A stretch of DNA of 58,930 bases, filler included. It is 5 parts of 5 records of this genome, joined end to end, with 100 filler letters (N's around TTAATTAATTAA, not from the genome) between each part and the next. Parts side by side here need not be neighbours in the genome. Positions count along the whole stretch, not along the records: positions 15,020 to 31,981 come from SRR22947725_792; 4 more parts are not named here. One strand, written 5' to 3'. The first letter of the stretch is position 1, and the number at the start of each line of letters is the position of its first letter. The position numbers and the translations under genes are program-made. Shown piece by piece: positions 17,429 through 28,322 of the stretch. A model generated the notes under the pieces. That model saw only the letters and a list, made by a program, of their open reading frames with translations, was not told the origin of the DNA and did no database searches.

Positions 17429-18100
17429 TTAAATCTTTAGAACACCTAATAATTTTAAGGCAGCAGCTTCTTCTGCATTCTTTAAACTTGAACCTTCAGA
17501 CACTGCTTTGTTAATTTTATCAATACTAACTGAAACCATGAATTTTGGTTTGTGGTCAGTGCCAGTTTTATTTATAATAGTATATTTTGGTAAACATTTA
17601 TATTTATTCAGAGAATATTCTTGAAGAAGTGATTTAGGATGTTTAGTTGGTTCTGAGTTAATTAAATCAATATCTATTATTTGATTTATAATAAAGTTTT
17701 TAGAACTGTTAAAACCTGTATCTAAATAAATTGAAGCTATAACTGACTCAACAACATCACTCAAAACTGATTTATTAAACTCTAAACTATCACCTTTTTG
17801 AAACTTAATAAAATCAGATAAATTAATTTTTATTGCATATTCAGCTAAAGCATTTTGATTTGCATATCTTTGTAAATAATTATTTAACATTCCTTCATTA
17901 GCATCAGGAAATAGTTTAAAAAAATATTCTGCAAGAACTAATCCAAGCACTCTATCTCCAAGAAACTCTAATCTTTCATAATTTTTAATGTTTTTTTGAG
18001 AATTTTCTGGTACGTAACTCGAGTGAACCAAAGCTTCTTTTAATAAATTAATATCTTTAAACTTATAATTGATTTTTTTTTGAAGATCATTAATCAACAC
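17429..18100 (-). CDS. rnc: Ribonuclease III
   Basis: ERLEFLGDRVL signature and dsRBD. Confidence 0.95.
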   Translation of the reverse strand: MLINDLQKKINYKFKDINLLKEALVHSSYVPENSQKNIKNYERLEFLGDRVLGLVLAEYFFKLFPDANEGMLNNYLQRYANQNALAEYAIKINLSDFIKFQKGDSLEFNKSVLSDVVESVIASIYLDTGFNSSKNFIINQIIDIDLINSEPTKHPKSLLQEYSLNKYKCLPKYTIINKTGTDHKPKFMVSVSIDKINKAVSEGSSLKNAEEAAALKLLGVLKI

Positions 18101-18885
18101 TATTCAATAACCTTACCAATTCTTTCAAACCTTATAGATTTATGCCATTTCCAGAATTCAAAAAATGAAGCTGAACTATTATGCGAGAAAAATATAATCT
18201 GTGCTTTACCAATCAAATTTATTTTTGGAACAAATCCTACTTCAGGAGTTCTACTATCTCTACTATTATCTCTATTATCACCCATAAAGAAAAAATTATC
18301 TTTAGGTACCTTAAATTCAATTGTTTCGTCAAAAGGGTCTGTATCACTGGATTCAATAATATAGTGAAATTTGGAATCTTCAAATTTTTCTTTATATTGA
18401 ATAAAAATTTTCTCGTCTCCATAACCATTTTGAAATTTAAAACCTATATTTGTTTTAATTCTTTCAACAGGTTTACCATTAACAAATAAAATTCCTTTTT
18501 TAACTTGAACGGTGTCATTTGGTAACGCAACAAGACGCTTTATATAATCAATACTCTCGTCAGCTGGTTTTCTAAAAACGATTACATCTCCTCTTTTTGG
18601 TGAATTATCAAAAATTCTTCCTTCAATTGGAGCAATACTAAAGGGGAAACTGTATTTAGAATATCCATATGAATATTTTGAAACAAACAAGTAATCACCT
18701 ACAAGTAATGTAGGTATCATGGAGCCTGATGGGATATTAAATGGTTCAAAAAAAATAGATCTAAAGACAATTGCTATAGAGCCCGCCACCATAAGGGTCT
18801 TTAAAAGTTCTCTAAATGAGTTTTTACCATTACTTTTTGAAACACTCATAAATTTAACTCCTGAAAATGTCTTTGATAATAACAT
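18100..18885 (-). CDS. lepB: Signal peptidase I (start may be ATG 18849)
   Basis: IPSGSMIPTL, YIKRLV, MGDNRDNSRDSR. Confidence 0.95.
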   Translation of the reverse strand: MLLSKTFSGVKFMSVSKSNGKNSFRELLKTLMVAGSIAIVFRSIFFEPFNIPSGSMIPTLLVGDYLFVSKYSYGYSKYSFPFSIAPIEGRIFDNSPKRGDVIVFRKPADESIDYIKRLVALPNDTVQVKKGILFVNGKPVERIKTNIGFKFQNGYGDEKIFIQYKEKFEDSKFHYIIESSDTDPFDETIEFKVPKDNFFFMGDNRDNSRDSRTPEVGFVPKINLIGKAQIIFFSHNSSASFFEFWKWHKSIRFERIGKVIE

Positions 18886-18901
18886 TTACCTTATGCATCA
18901 C

Positions 18902-19309
18902 CTAAACTAATGGAGCAAGAGAAATCACAACAAAAGCTAAAACATATGGGGGTTCATCGGAAATAGAGATATCAAATATAAGTTTATTATTGAGTTCTAT
19001 TTCTTTATTCATAATATATTTTTGAGTACGACCTGAAAAAAATAAATATGGTTTTCCATTTAGGTTATTAAGAATCTCTATTTCTTTAAAAACCAAACCA
19101 TCACCTCTTTTTGGACTTAGAGCTTTCCAAACAGCTTCCTTAGCCGCAAATCTCTTACCTAAAAACAAGCTAATGTTTTTTGATTTGTTTTCAATGGTTT
19201 TTATTTCATTAGTGCCAAAAATTCTACCCACAAATGTTTGATTATATTTTTTTAAAATTTTATCTATTCTTGAAATTTCAAGAATATCTGTACCTATTCC
19301 AAATATCAT
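18902..19309 (-). CDS. acpS: Holo-[acyl-carrier-protein] synthase
   Basis: GIGTDI, RFAAKEAVWKA, GKP. Confidence 0.93.
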   Translation of the reverse strand: MIFGIGTDILEISRIDKILKKYNQTFVGRIFGTNEIKTIENKSKNISLFLGKRFAAKEAVWKALSPKRGDGLVFKEIEILNNLNGKPYLFFSGRTQKYIMNKEIELNNKLIFDISISDEPPYVLAFVVISLAPLV

Positions 19310-20043
19310 ATGGTAGATTCTTTAATAATCTTTTTCATTTTAAAAATAGAATTTTCTAATCCATTAAAGATTGCATCACTAATTAAAAAATGGCCAATAT
19401 TTAACTCTTTTATATTAGGAATAGATGCAATTAAAGAAACGTTCTCAAAATTCAAGCCATGACCTGCATGGCAATTAATATTAAAATCATTTGCTATTTG
19501 GACAGCCTCTTTAATTTTATTTAGTTCAGTCTCTAAATTTAATTGCATACCGAATCCTTCAGCATATGGTCCTGTATGAAGCTCAACAACTTTTATCCCA
19601 AGATCTTTAGTTGCAATTATTTGGTCTTTATCAGGGTCAATAAAAAGAGTAACATTAATATCATTATCTAGTTCATCTTTAACAAGTTTTTCAAGCTTGT
19701 TAAAATTTTTACTTACATCTAATCCCCCTTCAGTAGTTATTTCTTTCCTATTCTCCGGAACAAAACATACTGAATGTGGTTTATATCTATTTGCGATCTC
19801 TATCATATCAGGGTTTGCTGCTATTTCTAAATTAAGTGGTATTTTGATAACGCTTAATATAGATTTTAAATCATTTTCATTTACATGCCTTCTATCTTCT
19901 CTTACGTGAACAGTAATTAAATCTGCACCTGCATTTTCAGCTATTATTGCAGCTCTAGTGATTTGAGGATCATTACCACCTCTTGCGTTTCTTAATGTCG
20001 CCACGTGATCAATATTAACTCCCAATCGAATGTTGTTAATCAA
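19306..20043 (-). CDS. pdxJ: Pyridoxine 5'-phosphate synthase
   Basis: LGVNIDHVATLRNAR, REDRRH, TTEGGLD, HAGHGL; probable TTG start after AAAGGA. Confidence 0.95.
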   Translation of the reverse strand: MINNIRLGVNIDHVATLRNARGGNDPQITRAAIIAENAGADLITVHVREDRRHVNENDLKSILSVIKIPLNLEIAANPDMIEIANRYKPHSVCFVPENRKEITTEGGLDVSKNFNKLEKLVKDELDNDINVTLFIDPDKDQIIATKDLGIKVVELHTGPYAEGFGMQLNLETELNKIKEAVQIANDFNINCHAGHGLNFENVSLIASIPNIKELNIGHFLISDAIFNGLENSIFKMKKIIKESTI

Positions 20044-20044
20044 A

Positions 20045-20596
20045 TTATATATCCTTTGAGTTATTATGTGATGTTTTCTTAGCTTTTGATTTTTTATAAG
20101 ATGAAACAAAGCTATACGTAATTAAAAATGTTATTAACCATATTGGAAATGATATAATAGCTCCTCCTATTAACATGGGAATAAAGATTTCGTAAGTTTG
20201 ATTTAAAATCATATCAATACTAATCTCAGAATTTAAAATTCGTTGATTTTTTGATGTTATAAAAATTCCTACATTATAAATTAAACTCCAAATAAATGGA
20301 AAAGTTAATGGGTTACCAATGAATGTTCCAATCAAAGATGCAATAACATTGCCTCTGATAAGAAAAGCAAAAAATATAGCTAATAAAAAATGAAAACCCA
20401 AAAGCGGGGTGAATGAAACCATTGAACCACATGCAAAACCTGAAGCAATTGCATAAGAGGAGGCTGGTAATCGAGCTAATTTCAATTTATAAAAGTAAAT
20501 AAGCCTCTCTACCTTTTTGATTAATAATTTAGGATAATAAAAAATTTTATTTAACAAAATTTTCCTAATCTTTGCCTCTTTCAACACTCTCAACAA
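20045..20596 (-). CDS. DUF2062 family membrane protein
   Basis: IASGFACG..SFTP..GNPLTFPFIW; usual position between spoT and pdxJ. Confidence 0.8.
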   Translation of the reverse strand: MLRVLKEAKIRKILLNKIFYYPKLLIKKVERLIYFYKLKLARLPASSYAIASGFACGSMVSFTPLLGFHFLLAIFFAFLIRGNVIASLIGTFIGNPLTFPFIWSLIYNVGIFITSKNQRILNSEISIDMILNQTYEIFIPMLIGGAIISFPIWLITFLITYSFVSSYKKSKAKKTSHNNSKDI

Positions 20597-22682
20597 ATTG
20601 TGACAATCTCATTGCCGCTATTATCTGATTTAAATGATTAATGTTTTTTATTTCTAAATCTATATTGAACTTATAAAAATCTATATCCCTAGATATTACT
20701 TGAATATTAGAAATATTACCATTGTTAGTACTAATTATTTTGGTTATTTCTGCTAAGCTTCCTGGTTCATTGGCTAGCACTGTTACTAGACTTCCTTTGT
20801 GAAAAGTGTCACCCTCTCTTTCCCAAGATATTTCAAGCCACATTTCTGGCATATCATTAAATTTTTCAAGTGAGAAACAATCTAACGCATGAACAGTAAT
20901 TCCTTTTCCTGTGGTAACAATTCCCACAATTCTTTCACCAGGTAATGGGTGACAACAATGAGCATAATGAATTGCCATTCCTGGGATAACTCCCTTCAGT
21001 TTAACACTATCATGAGACGATGGTTTTTTTAATGATGGTAAGGTTGGCGACACCTTTTTTTTATCAGGATACAAGAAAGTTATTACGTTTCTTGAATTAA
21101 TATTACCTTTACCAATTTCAATTAATAATTCTTGCAAGTCAGAAAGACCAAATTCATTAATGACTTTAATCAAACTTTTTTCATGCATCCTTTTATTCTG
21201 TTGCCTATATTCTTTTTGAAGTAAAGCAGTTCCTAGATGCAAAAATTCTTTAATTTCTCTTTTTTTTATAAATCGTTTTATACCTGATTTAGCTTTTCCA
21301 GTAATACAACTATTAACCCATTTTGGATCTGGAAAACCATTTTTTGATGTTAATATTTCAACTTGATCTCCATTTTTAATTTCTGTAGTTATCAATCTGT
21401 TTTTATTATTAATTTTTGCTCCAACAGCAGCATTTCCAACTTCTGAATGAACAGCGTAGGAAAAATCAACAGCATTTGCACCTTTTGGTAGAATTATTAA
21501 ATTACCTTTAGGGGTAAAGCTAAAAACCTGATCATTATACATTTCTAATTTAGTGTTCTCTAGAAACTCTTCTGGCTCACTACTTTCTTCTAAAACCTGA
21601 ATAAGTTCCCTCACCCATTTATATCTAATTGTCTCTGATGATTTAGCACCTTCTTTATAAATCCAATGCGCCGCTACTCCATTAAGCGCAAATTCATTCA
21701 TGACAGATGTTCGAATTTGAACTTCAATTCTTGTTTTTTTTGGACCAATTAAACTTGAATGAAGCGATTGATATCCATTTCGTTTTGGCGCAGATATATA
21801 ATCTTTAAACCTACCCATAATAGCTGAATATTTTTGATGAAGTAAGCCAAGAGTAGTATAACATTCATTAACATCATCTACTATTATTCTAAAAGCCATA
21901 ATATCAGACAATTGATCCATACTCAAATTTTTGAATTGCATTTTCTTCCAAATAGAATAGCTACTTTTGACTCGACCTGAAATCATACAATTTATGTTGT
22001 TTTTTTTTAAAAACCTTTCCAATTCTTTTGTGATAATAGGAATATTTAACTCATCCTGAGAATAAATTAATTTTAGTCTTTTTAAAATAGAGTCTCTTGT
22101 TTCTGGCTTAAGTTCTGCAAAACAACGATCCTCTAATTCTCTTTGAATAGCATTTATTCCAAGACGTTCTGCTAAAGGTGCAAAAATTTCTAGCGTTTCA
22201 TAACAAATTCTTGACCTTTTTTTATCATTTTGAATTCCCTTTATAGTCCTAATATTATGAAGTCTGTCGGCTAACTTTACTAAAAGAACTCTTATGTCAT
22301 CAGACGATGCTAAAAGGAGCTTTCTAAAATTTTCAGCTTGTGCTGATCCAAACCTTATATCCAATCTTGATAATTTGGTAACTCCGTCAACTAATTTTGA
22401 AATTTCTTCGCCAAATTCATTTTTTATTAAGTCTAATGAGACATCACTATCCTCTACCACATCATGAAGCAATGCTGTTATTATAGTAGAGGAATCCAAT
22501 TTCATATCTATCAAAACATTAGCAACAGCTAAAGGGTGAGTAAAATATTGTTCACCACTAGATCTATACTGATTAGCATGAGCCTTTTTTGATATAATAA
22601 ATGCTTTATTTATAACTTCTTTTGAAGCAAAGCTATCATATTTTGAAATTTTATTATAAAGCTTATTAGCAGTCAGATTCAT
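20565..22682 (-). CDS. spoT: Bifunctional (p)ppGpp synthetase/hydrolase
   Basis: ALLHDVVED HD motif, KLADRLHN, YQSLH, EVQIRT, TGS and ACT domains. Confidence 0.95.
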   Translation of the reverse strand: MNLTANKLYNKISKYDSFASKEVINKAFIISKKAHANQYRSSGEQYFTHPLAVANVLIDMKLDSSTIITALLHDVVEDSDVSLDLIKNEFGEEISKLVDGVTKLSRLDIRFGSAQAENFRKLLLASSDDIRVLLVKLADRLHNIRTIKGIQNDKKRSRICYETLEIFAPLAERLGINAIQRELEDRCFAELKPETRDSILKRLKLIYSQDELNIPIITKELERFLKKNNINCMISGRVKSSYSIWKKMQFKNLSMDQLSDIMAFRIIVDDVNECYTTLGLLHQKYSAIMGRFKDYISAPKRNGYQSLHSSLIGPKKTRIEVQIRTSVMNEFALNGVAAHWIYKEGAKSSETIRYKWVRELIQVLEESSEPEEFLENTKLEMYNDQVFSFTPKGNLIILPKGANAVDFSYAVHSEVGNAAVGAKINNKNRLITTEIKNGDQVEILTSKNGFPDPKWVNSCITGKAKSGIKRFIKKREIKEFLHLGTALLQKEYRQQNKRMHEKSLIKVINEFGLSDLQELLIEIGKGNINSRNVITFLYPDKKKVSPTLPSLKKPSSHDSVKLKGVIPGMAIHYAHCCHPLPGERIVGIVTTGKGITVHALDCFSLEKFNDMPEMWLEISWEREGDTFHKGSLVTVLANEPGSLAEITKIISTNNGNISNIQVISRDIDFYKFNIDLEIKNINHLNQIIAAMRLSQFVESVERGKD

Positions 22683-22764
22683 TTGATATATATTTTTTCT
22701 ATAATAAATAATTTATATATTTAATATATGAATTATTTATTATATGTAAAACTATTTAGATGAA

Positions 22765-23169
22765 TCAATCTTCATCGTTTAACAAAGTCTGTGAAATATC
22801 TTCAAATGATGACTCATCGTCAATTTTATTATTATTCATCATGAAGTCATTGTTAGAGGGCGGTTCTTTCTTAGTTTCATTTAAATAAGCCGCAAATTCA
22901 TCTTCTAAAGATACATCATCTTCAATATTAGCTTCTTCTCTAATTATATTTTTTTGCATGGATTTTATAAATCTATCCTCTAAAGTCTCATGATCAACTG
23001 CATCAGATGCAATTTCTCTAAGAGAAACAACAGGATTTTTATCATTGTCTCTTTCAACTTCAATTGGCATACCGTTAGAGATTTCTCGTGAACGTTGGGC
23101 TGCTGCTACAACTAGATCAAATCTATTTGGTATCTTTTTAATACAATCTTCAACTGTTACACGTGCCAT
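22765..23169 (-). CDS. rpoZ: RNA polymerase omega subunit
   Basis: [27 protein letters not shown]. Confidence 0.95.
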   Translation of the reverse strand: MARVTVEDCIKKIPNRFDLVVAAAQRSREISNGMPIEVERDNDKNPVVSLREIASDAVDHETLEDRFIKSMQKNIIREEANIEDDVSLEDEFAAYLNETKKEPPSNNDFMMNNNKIDDESSFEDISQTLLNDED

Positions 23170-23226
23170 TAATAAACTCCTTTTATAGATGTTGTTCTAA
23201 AGAATTAATTAAAAAAAATCAATTTA

Positions 23227-23736
23227 TTATTTAAATTCTGAGAATAATTCTAATTCTTGTTGGTCCAATTGGTCTAAAATTTCTGCCACACTAGTTTTCA
23301 ATATTGGATGAATCCAATTTTTTTCTATTTCATACAAAGGTTGCATAACAAATCTTCTTAAGTGTGCTCTTGGATGAGGAAGAATAATTTCTTTACTATC
23401 GAATATTTTAGAAGAATAATCTATTAAATCTAAGTCAATTATACGCGCCTCATTTATATTTTTTCTTATTCTACCGAATTTTTTTTCAATAACATGTAAT
23501 GAATTAAGAACGTCAAGTTCATTTAAAATTGTGCTTGCTACTAAGACACTATTAAAGAATTTAGGTTGATCACTTTTTGGAATAGGATCAGAACAATACC
23601 AACTTGATTGTTTTTCAACAATAATCGACATACATTTCAATGATTTAATTGCTTCTTGGCAAATTTCAACTGGATGAAGGCCATTTTTTGAGTGTAAATT
23701 TCCTCCAATAGCAATTATTATTTTCTTGTGGCTCAT
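23227..23736 (-). CDS. folK: HPPK (2-amino-4-hydroxy-6-hydroxymethyldihydropteridine diphosphokinase)
   Basis: ARIIDLDLI, LPHPRAHLRRFV. Confidence 0.93.
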   Translation of the reverse strand: MSHKKIIIAIGGNLHSKNGLHPVEICQEAIKSLKCMSIIVEKQSSWYCSDPIPKSDQPKFFNSVLVASTILNELDVLNSLHVIEKKFGRIRKNINEARIIDLDLIDYSSKIFDSKEIILPHPRAHLRRFVMQPLYEIEKNWIHPILKTSVAEILDQLDQQELELFSEFK

Positions 23737-23774
23737 TTTAAATATAAAACTATGTCTTAGGTTGATGTGTAGAT

Positions 23775-24257
23775 TTAATTATTATTTTTTAAAAGTCTAT
23801 GCTTTTCTCTATCCCAATCCCGTTTTTTAATCACTTCTCTTTTATCTACTTTTTTCTTACCTTCAGCAATACCAAGAGAAATTTTTGCTAAACCTCTTTG
23901 ATTAAAAAAAAGACTTAATGGCACAACGGTACATCCATCTTTTTTAATTTGGCCTAAAATTTTATTTTTTTCTTTTTTATGTATTAATAATCTTCTTACA
24001 CGTTTAGGTTCGTGATTTTGACCTAATGCAGCAGAACTATATTCAGGAATATTAGAATTTATTAAAACAACATGACCATATTCTTCGGTTGCATATGCCT
24101 CGGCAATACTAGCCCTACCAAGCCTCAAGCTTTTAACCTCACTACCTAATAATACAATTCCAGCCTCAATTGTATCTACAATAGAATAATCAAATTTAGC
24201 TCTTCTATTTTCTGCAATTCTACCGTGAGATATACTTTTTGAAACAGTTTTTTTCAT
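23775..24257 (-). CDS. smpB: SsrA-binding protein
   Basis: NRRAKFDY, EAGIVLLGSEVKSLR, DKRE. Confidence 0.95.
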   Translation of the reverse strand: MKKTVSKSISHGRIAENRRAKFDYSIVDTIEAGIVLLGSEVKSLRLGRASIAEAYATEEYGHVVLINSNIPEYSSAALGQNHEPKRVRRLLIHKKEKNKILGQIKKDGCTVVPLSLFFNQRGLAKISLGIAEGKKKVDKREVIKKRDWDREKHRLLKNNN

Positions 24258-24270
24258 TATAGGTTTCTAT

Positions 24271-25158
24271 TTAAATCAAACCTGTTTTTTTAAGGGCGTC
24301 TTTAACCTTCAACTTACTATCTTCTTCAATTTCTACTATAGGCAACCTTGCATCAGATGAACAAATTCCTAATAAAGAAGCAGCATATTTCAATGGACCT
24401 GGACTTGTTTCACAAAAAAGAGCGTCATGTAAAGGCATTAATTTTTTATTAATTTCTTGAGCAGTATTAATATCACCTTGCTTCCAAGCGTTGTGCATTC
24501 GTGATAATAAATTAGGTGCAATATTGGCTGTTACAGAAATACACCCATGACCCCCCGCAGCTAAATAAGCTAAAGCTGTTCCGTCTTCACCTGATAATTG
24601 AATGAAATTATCACCAATAATATTTTGTAATCTTGTAGGTCTAGTTAAATCAGCGGTTGCATCCTTAACTCCAACAATAAATTGATCTTGAGCTAATTTT
24701 GCCATTGTTTCATCAGTCATTTGAATAACTGAACGACCGGGAATATCATATATAATGATAGGTTTAGAGGCATGTTTAATTAATTCATTATAATGAGCTA
24801 AAAGCCCAGATTGAGTTGGTTTATTATAATAAGGTGTCACAACTAATAAACCATTAGCACCTGCAGAACATGCATGTTTAACAAAATCAACAGCTTCAGA
24901 AGTTGAGTTTGAGCCCGCACCCGCAATAACAGGAACTCTTCCATTTGATTGCTCAATACAAACTTCAATTAATTTTTTATGTTCATCGTGAGATAATGTT
25001 GGAGATTCTCCCGTAGTTCCAACAGGAACTAATCCATGTGTTCCATTGTTGATCTGGAAATCAATTAGTTCTTTGTAAGATGAATAATCAACTTTATTAT
25101 CTTTAAATGGCGTTAAAAGAGCCGTGTACGAACTATGAAAAAGCATAAAATTCTCCAA
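24271..25158 (-). CDS. dapA: 4-hydroxy-tetrahydrodipicolinate synthase
   Basis: GTTGESPTL, PYYNKP, GVKDA, LSGED. Confidence 0.95.
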   Translation of the reverse strand: MENFMLFHSSYTALLTPFKDNKVDYSSYKELIDFQINNGTHGLVPVGTTGESPTLSHDEHKKLIEVCIEQSNGRVPVIAGAGSNSTSEAVDFVKHACSAGANGLLVVTPYYNKPTQSGLLAHYNELIKHASKPIIIYDIPGRSVIQMTDETMAKLAQDQFIVGVKDATADLTRPTRLQNIIGDNFIQLSGEDGTALAYLAAGGHGCISVTANIAPNLLSRMHNAWKQGDINTAQEINKKLMPLHDALFCETSPGPLKYAASLLGICSSDARLPIVEIEEDSKLKVKDALKKTGLI

Positions 25159-25242
25159 TATAAATAACGTTTGTATATAATAGACATCTCATTTAAAATT
25201 AACAAGGTTAACTATAAAGATTATTTTAGGATTTAATTAATT

Positions 25243-26223
25243 ATGGAAAATAATGTATCGTTAGAAACAATATTAAATGCCGCTAAAAGATTAAAAGGAA
25301 AAATAGTAAAAACTCCCTTATTAAGATCTGACTACATCGACAAAATTCTCAATACTAAATTATTTTTAAAAGCAGAAAACCTTCAAACAGGAGGCGCATT
25401 TAAATTTAGAGGAGCAATGAATACTATTTTACAATTATCAAAGGAAGAAAAACAAGTTGTAGCTTGGTCAAGCGGAAATCATGCACAAGCGGTTGCTGCA
25501 GCAGCTAAAATAACAGGTCGAAAAGCAACAATAATAATGCCTAAAGATTCTCCTCAAGCCAAATTAGATGGTACTGCTTTTTGGGGACCTTCAATAGTAA
25601 CATATGACAGAACAAATGAATCCAGAGAACAAATTGGAAGAAAATATGCTAAAAAGCTAAATGCTACAATAATACCTCCCTTTGACGATATAAATGTTAT
25701 AAATGGACAAGGTACTGCTGGATTAGAATGTAATGAGCAATTAACAGACATTGGAGTTATTCCAGATATTGTTTTATGTTGTTGTGGGGGTGGTGGATTA
25801 ATTGCCGGTTTAAGTACAGCTGTTAAGGCTAAATTTAAAAATACTAATATCTACTCAGTTGAACCAGAACATTTTGATGATACTAAAAAATCACTTTTAG
25901 AAAATAAAATAATAGTAAACTCTATGATCAATACATCTATATGTGATGCCCTTTTAGCCAATAAACCTGGAGACATTACTTTTCCTATTAATAAAAAAAA
26001 TCTTACCTCAGGAATTTCAGTTACTGATGAAGAAGCGTTGATTGCAATGCATTCAGCATACAAACATTTTAAAATCGTACTAGAGCCAGGTGGAGCAGTA
26101 GCCTTAGCCGCTGCAATTTCAAACAAAATAAATATTAATAATAAAAATGTTTTAGTAATTGCATCAGGTGGAAATGTAGACAAAAATGTTTTCGAAAGTT
26201 GCCTTAAAACACAATCTATTTAG
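25243..26223 (+). CDS. PLP-dependent threonine/serine dehydratase (short form)
   Basis: KAENLQTGGAFKFRGA, SSGNHAQA, GQGTAG, GGGGL, SGGN. Confidence 0.88.
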   Translation: MENNVSLETILNAAKRLKGKIVKTPLLRSDYIDKILNTKLFLKAENLQTGGAFKFRGAMNTILQLSKEEKQVVAWSSGNHAQAVAAAAKITGRKATIIMPKDSPQAKLDGTAFWGPSIVTYDRTNESREQIGRKYAKKLNATIIPPFDDINVINGQGTAGLECNEQLTDIGVIPDIVLCCCGGGGLIAGLSTAVKAKFKNTNIYSVEPEHFDDTKKSLLENKIIVNSMINTSICDALLANKPGDITFPINKKNLTSGISVTDEEALIAMHSAYKHFKIVLEPGGAVALAAAISNKININNKNVLVIASGGNVDKNVFESCLKTQSI

Positions 26224-26225
26224 AA

Positions 26226-26801
26226 TTAAGAAGTAATATATCTTATTACTTTTTCTTTACTAGGTCTTCTTCTTTCAACGGGTGTTTTATCTTTATCACC
26301 AATATATATAAATCCTGCTATTTTATCAGTGTCAGGATTGCCTCCAAGCTCTTTAATCATTGAACTGTTATACGCATACCATTCAGTTAACCATTGAGCG
26401 GCATAACCTAGAGATTGAGCAGCTATAAGAAGATTAGAACAAACAGCACCGGATGACAATTGCATCTCCCAAAAAGGTATTTTAGGATGTAAAACTGGTT
26501 TAAACAAAACGGCAATAACAACGCTTGCCCTACAAAGCCTACTTCGTTCGTAATTGATTTCATCTTCAGATGCATCAGGGTTATTTAATTGATATTCTTC
26601 TGCTAAAATATCATTACCAATCCTTAGTTTTGCGTCTCCCTTGATAGCAATTAGTTCCCAAGGATTTAAAGCACCGTGATCTGGTACTCTGATGCCACAG
26701 CTTAAAATATCATCCAGATCATCTTCATTTACTTGGTTGCAGATCATATTTTTAGCAGTTATTGATCTTCTGCTTTGTAAAAATTTTATTATATTTTTCA
26801 T
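26226..26801 (-). CDS. Nitroreductase family protein (YdjA-like)
   Basis: SRRS, RVPDHGALNPW, WLTEWYAY. Confidence 0.88.
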   Translation of the reverse strand: MKNIIKFLQSRRSITAKNMICNQVNEDDLDDILSCGIRVPDHGALNPWELIAIKGDAKLRIGNDILAEEYQLNNPDASEDEINYERSRLCRASVVIAVLFKPVLHPKIPFWEMQLSSGAVCSNLLIAAQSLGYAAQWLTEWYAYNSSMIKELGGNPDTDKIAGFIYIGDKDKTPVERRRPSKEKVIRYITS

Positions 26802-26888
26802 TTAGTTAATTTACTATAAAAAGCTTTACTTGTTAAAAATAATAATACAAATGTTATATTTTAATTACATACTTTTGAAAATTTAACA

Positions 26889-27629
26889 ATGTATAATGAT
26901 CCAACAATTATTATTATAATTATATTGGCTGTATTAGCAGGTGGTTTAGTAAAAGGAACCCTTGGATTTGGAATGCCTATGGTTGCACTACCCATAATTG
27001 CATTTATTATTCCGCCAACAACGGCAATGATACTTCTTTGCGCACCTATATTCTTAACTAATTTTTTACAAATTAAGTTTAGACAAGGTGTAAGTAGTTA
27101 TAGATTTTTACCAATGTTTTTAAGTTTAATTATAGGCTTAATTATAGGCGCACGTCTTATTCTTGAAATTGATGTAAATACAATCACACAGATAATTGCA
27201 GTTTCAATTATTTTTGCAGCATTAGTAAATTGTTTTGGAATAAAAATAAAAAACATTAATAAAAATCATGAGAATACTATTACATCTCTTATAGGTTTTG
27301 GGTCTGGTATTTTAGGAGGTTTATCTACGTTCTATGGGCCACCAATGTTAGCATACTTAGTTGCGGTCGATTTACCAAAAGAGAAGTTTGTGAGAACAGT
27401 TTCCACTATGTATTTTATTGGATCGTTTCCTCTATATGGATCTTTAATATATTATGGATTTGCTACTAAAGAAGATCTTATATTTAGTTTAATCTTAATT
27501 ATACCAGCATTTATTGCCCAACAAGTAGGAACAAAAATAAGAGATAAGTTTAACCAAAAGCAATTTAGAATATGTATTTTGATAACTTTAATAATACTTG
27601 GATTTTCTTTATTAGTTAAAACTTTATAA
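26889..27629 (+). CDS. TauE/SafE family (sulfite exporter-like) membrane protein
   Basis: GLVKGTLGFG and GILGGL..GPP repeats; about 8 TM segments. Confidence 0.82.
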   Translation: MYNDPTIIIIIILAVLAGGLVKGTLGFGMPMVALPIIAFIIPPTTAMILLCAPIFLTNFLQIKFRQGVSSYRFLPMFLSLIIGLIIGARLILEIDVNTITQIIAVSIIFAALVNCFGIKIKNINKNHENTITSLIGFGSGILGGLSTFYGPPMLAYLVAVDLPKEKFVRTVSTMYFIGSFPLYGSLIYYGFATKEDLIFSLILIIPAFIAQQVGTKIRDKFNQKQFRICILITLIILGFSLLVKTL

Positions 27630-27634
27630 AAAAT

Positions 27635-28318
27635 TTACTTATTAAAAAAACTTACTATTTTTAAACTTAATGACACAGAAGGTCCTATAAAGATTGCAAA
27701 TATCAAAGTACCAATACCTAAGGTTCCACCAAGGATCCATCCTAAGAAAACCACAAAAAATTCTATACTAAATCTTACTAAACTAATTGGCTTATTATAT
27801 TTTTTTGATATGCCAGTCATTAAACCGTCTCTGGTTCCAGGTCCAAGATTGGCAATTAAATAAATACCACTCCCAAAACCGACTAAAAATGTTCCTAAAA
27901 AAGATAAAAATAGTCCATTAAAAAAATTGTTTAAAAAATATAAAAAAGGAATTGTGCCCCCCATTGTCATAGCAATAATAAAAATATTCATTACTGTACC
28001 TAGTCCAGGTTTTAACTTAAGAGGCAACCAAAGAAATAATACAATAACGCTTACGATAAAAGTAGATAGACCAATACCAATATCTATTTTTTTAGCGAAA
28101 CCTTCTGCCAGGACAGTCCAAGGTGTAACCCCATATTGAGACACAACTAAAATACTTTCTCCTAACCCAAATATGAAGAGCCCTATACAAAGAATAGTAA
28201 ATGTTTTTATTGATGGTTTTAAGTTATTTGGTTTAGAAGAACTCCAATCGACTAAAGGAACTGAACTAACAAGAAATATTTTTAAGAAAGATTTTAAATT
28301 CAAATTTAAAAAGTTCAT
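27635..28318 (-). CDS. YczE/YitT family membrane protein
   Basis: GVTPWTVLAEG, PGLGT, LGPGTRDGLM, GTLGIGT. Confidence 0.82.
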   Translation of the reverse strand: MNFLNLNLKSFLKIFLVSSVPLVDWSSSKPNNLKPSIKTFTILCIGLFIFGLGESILVVSQYGVTPWTVLAEGFAKKIDIGIGLSTFIVSVIVLFLWLPLKLKPGLGTVMNIFIIAMTMGGTIPFLYFLNNFFNGLFLSFLGTFLVGFGSGIYLIANLGPGTRDGLMTGISKKYNKPISLVRFSIEFFVVFLGWILGGTLGIGTLIFAIFIGPSVSLSLKIVSFFNK

Positions 28319-28322
28319 AAAG

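Noticed and set aside
19306-20109. N-terminally extended PdxJ (267 aa) as given by the ORF track
   Set aside because: The extension overlaps the DUF2062 gene; a TTG start at 20043 with an RBS gives a normal-length protein
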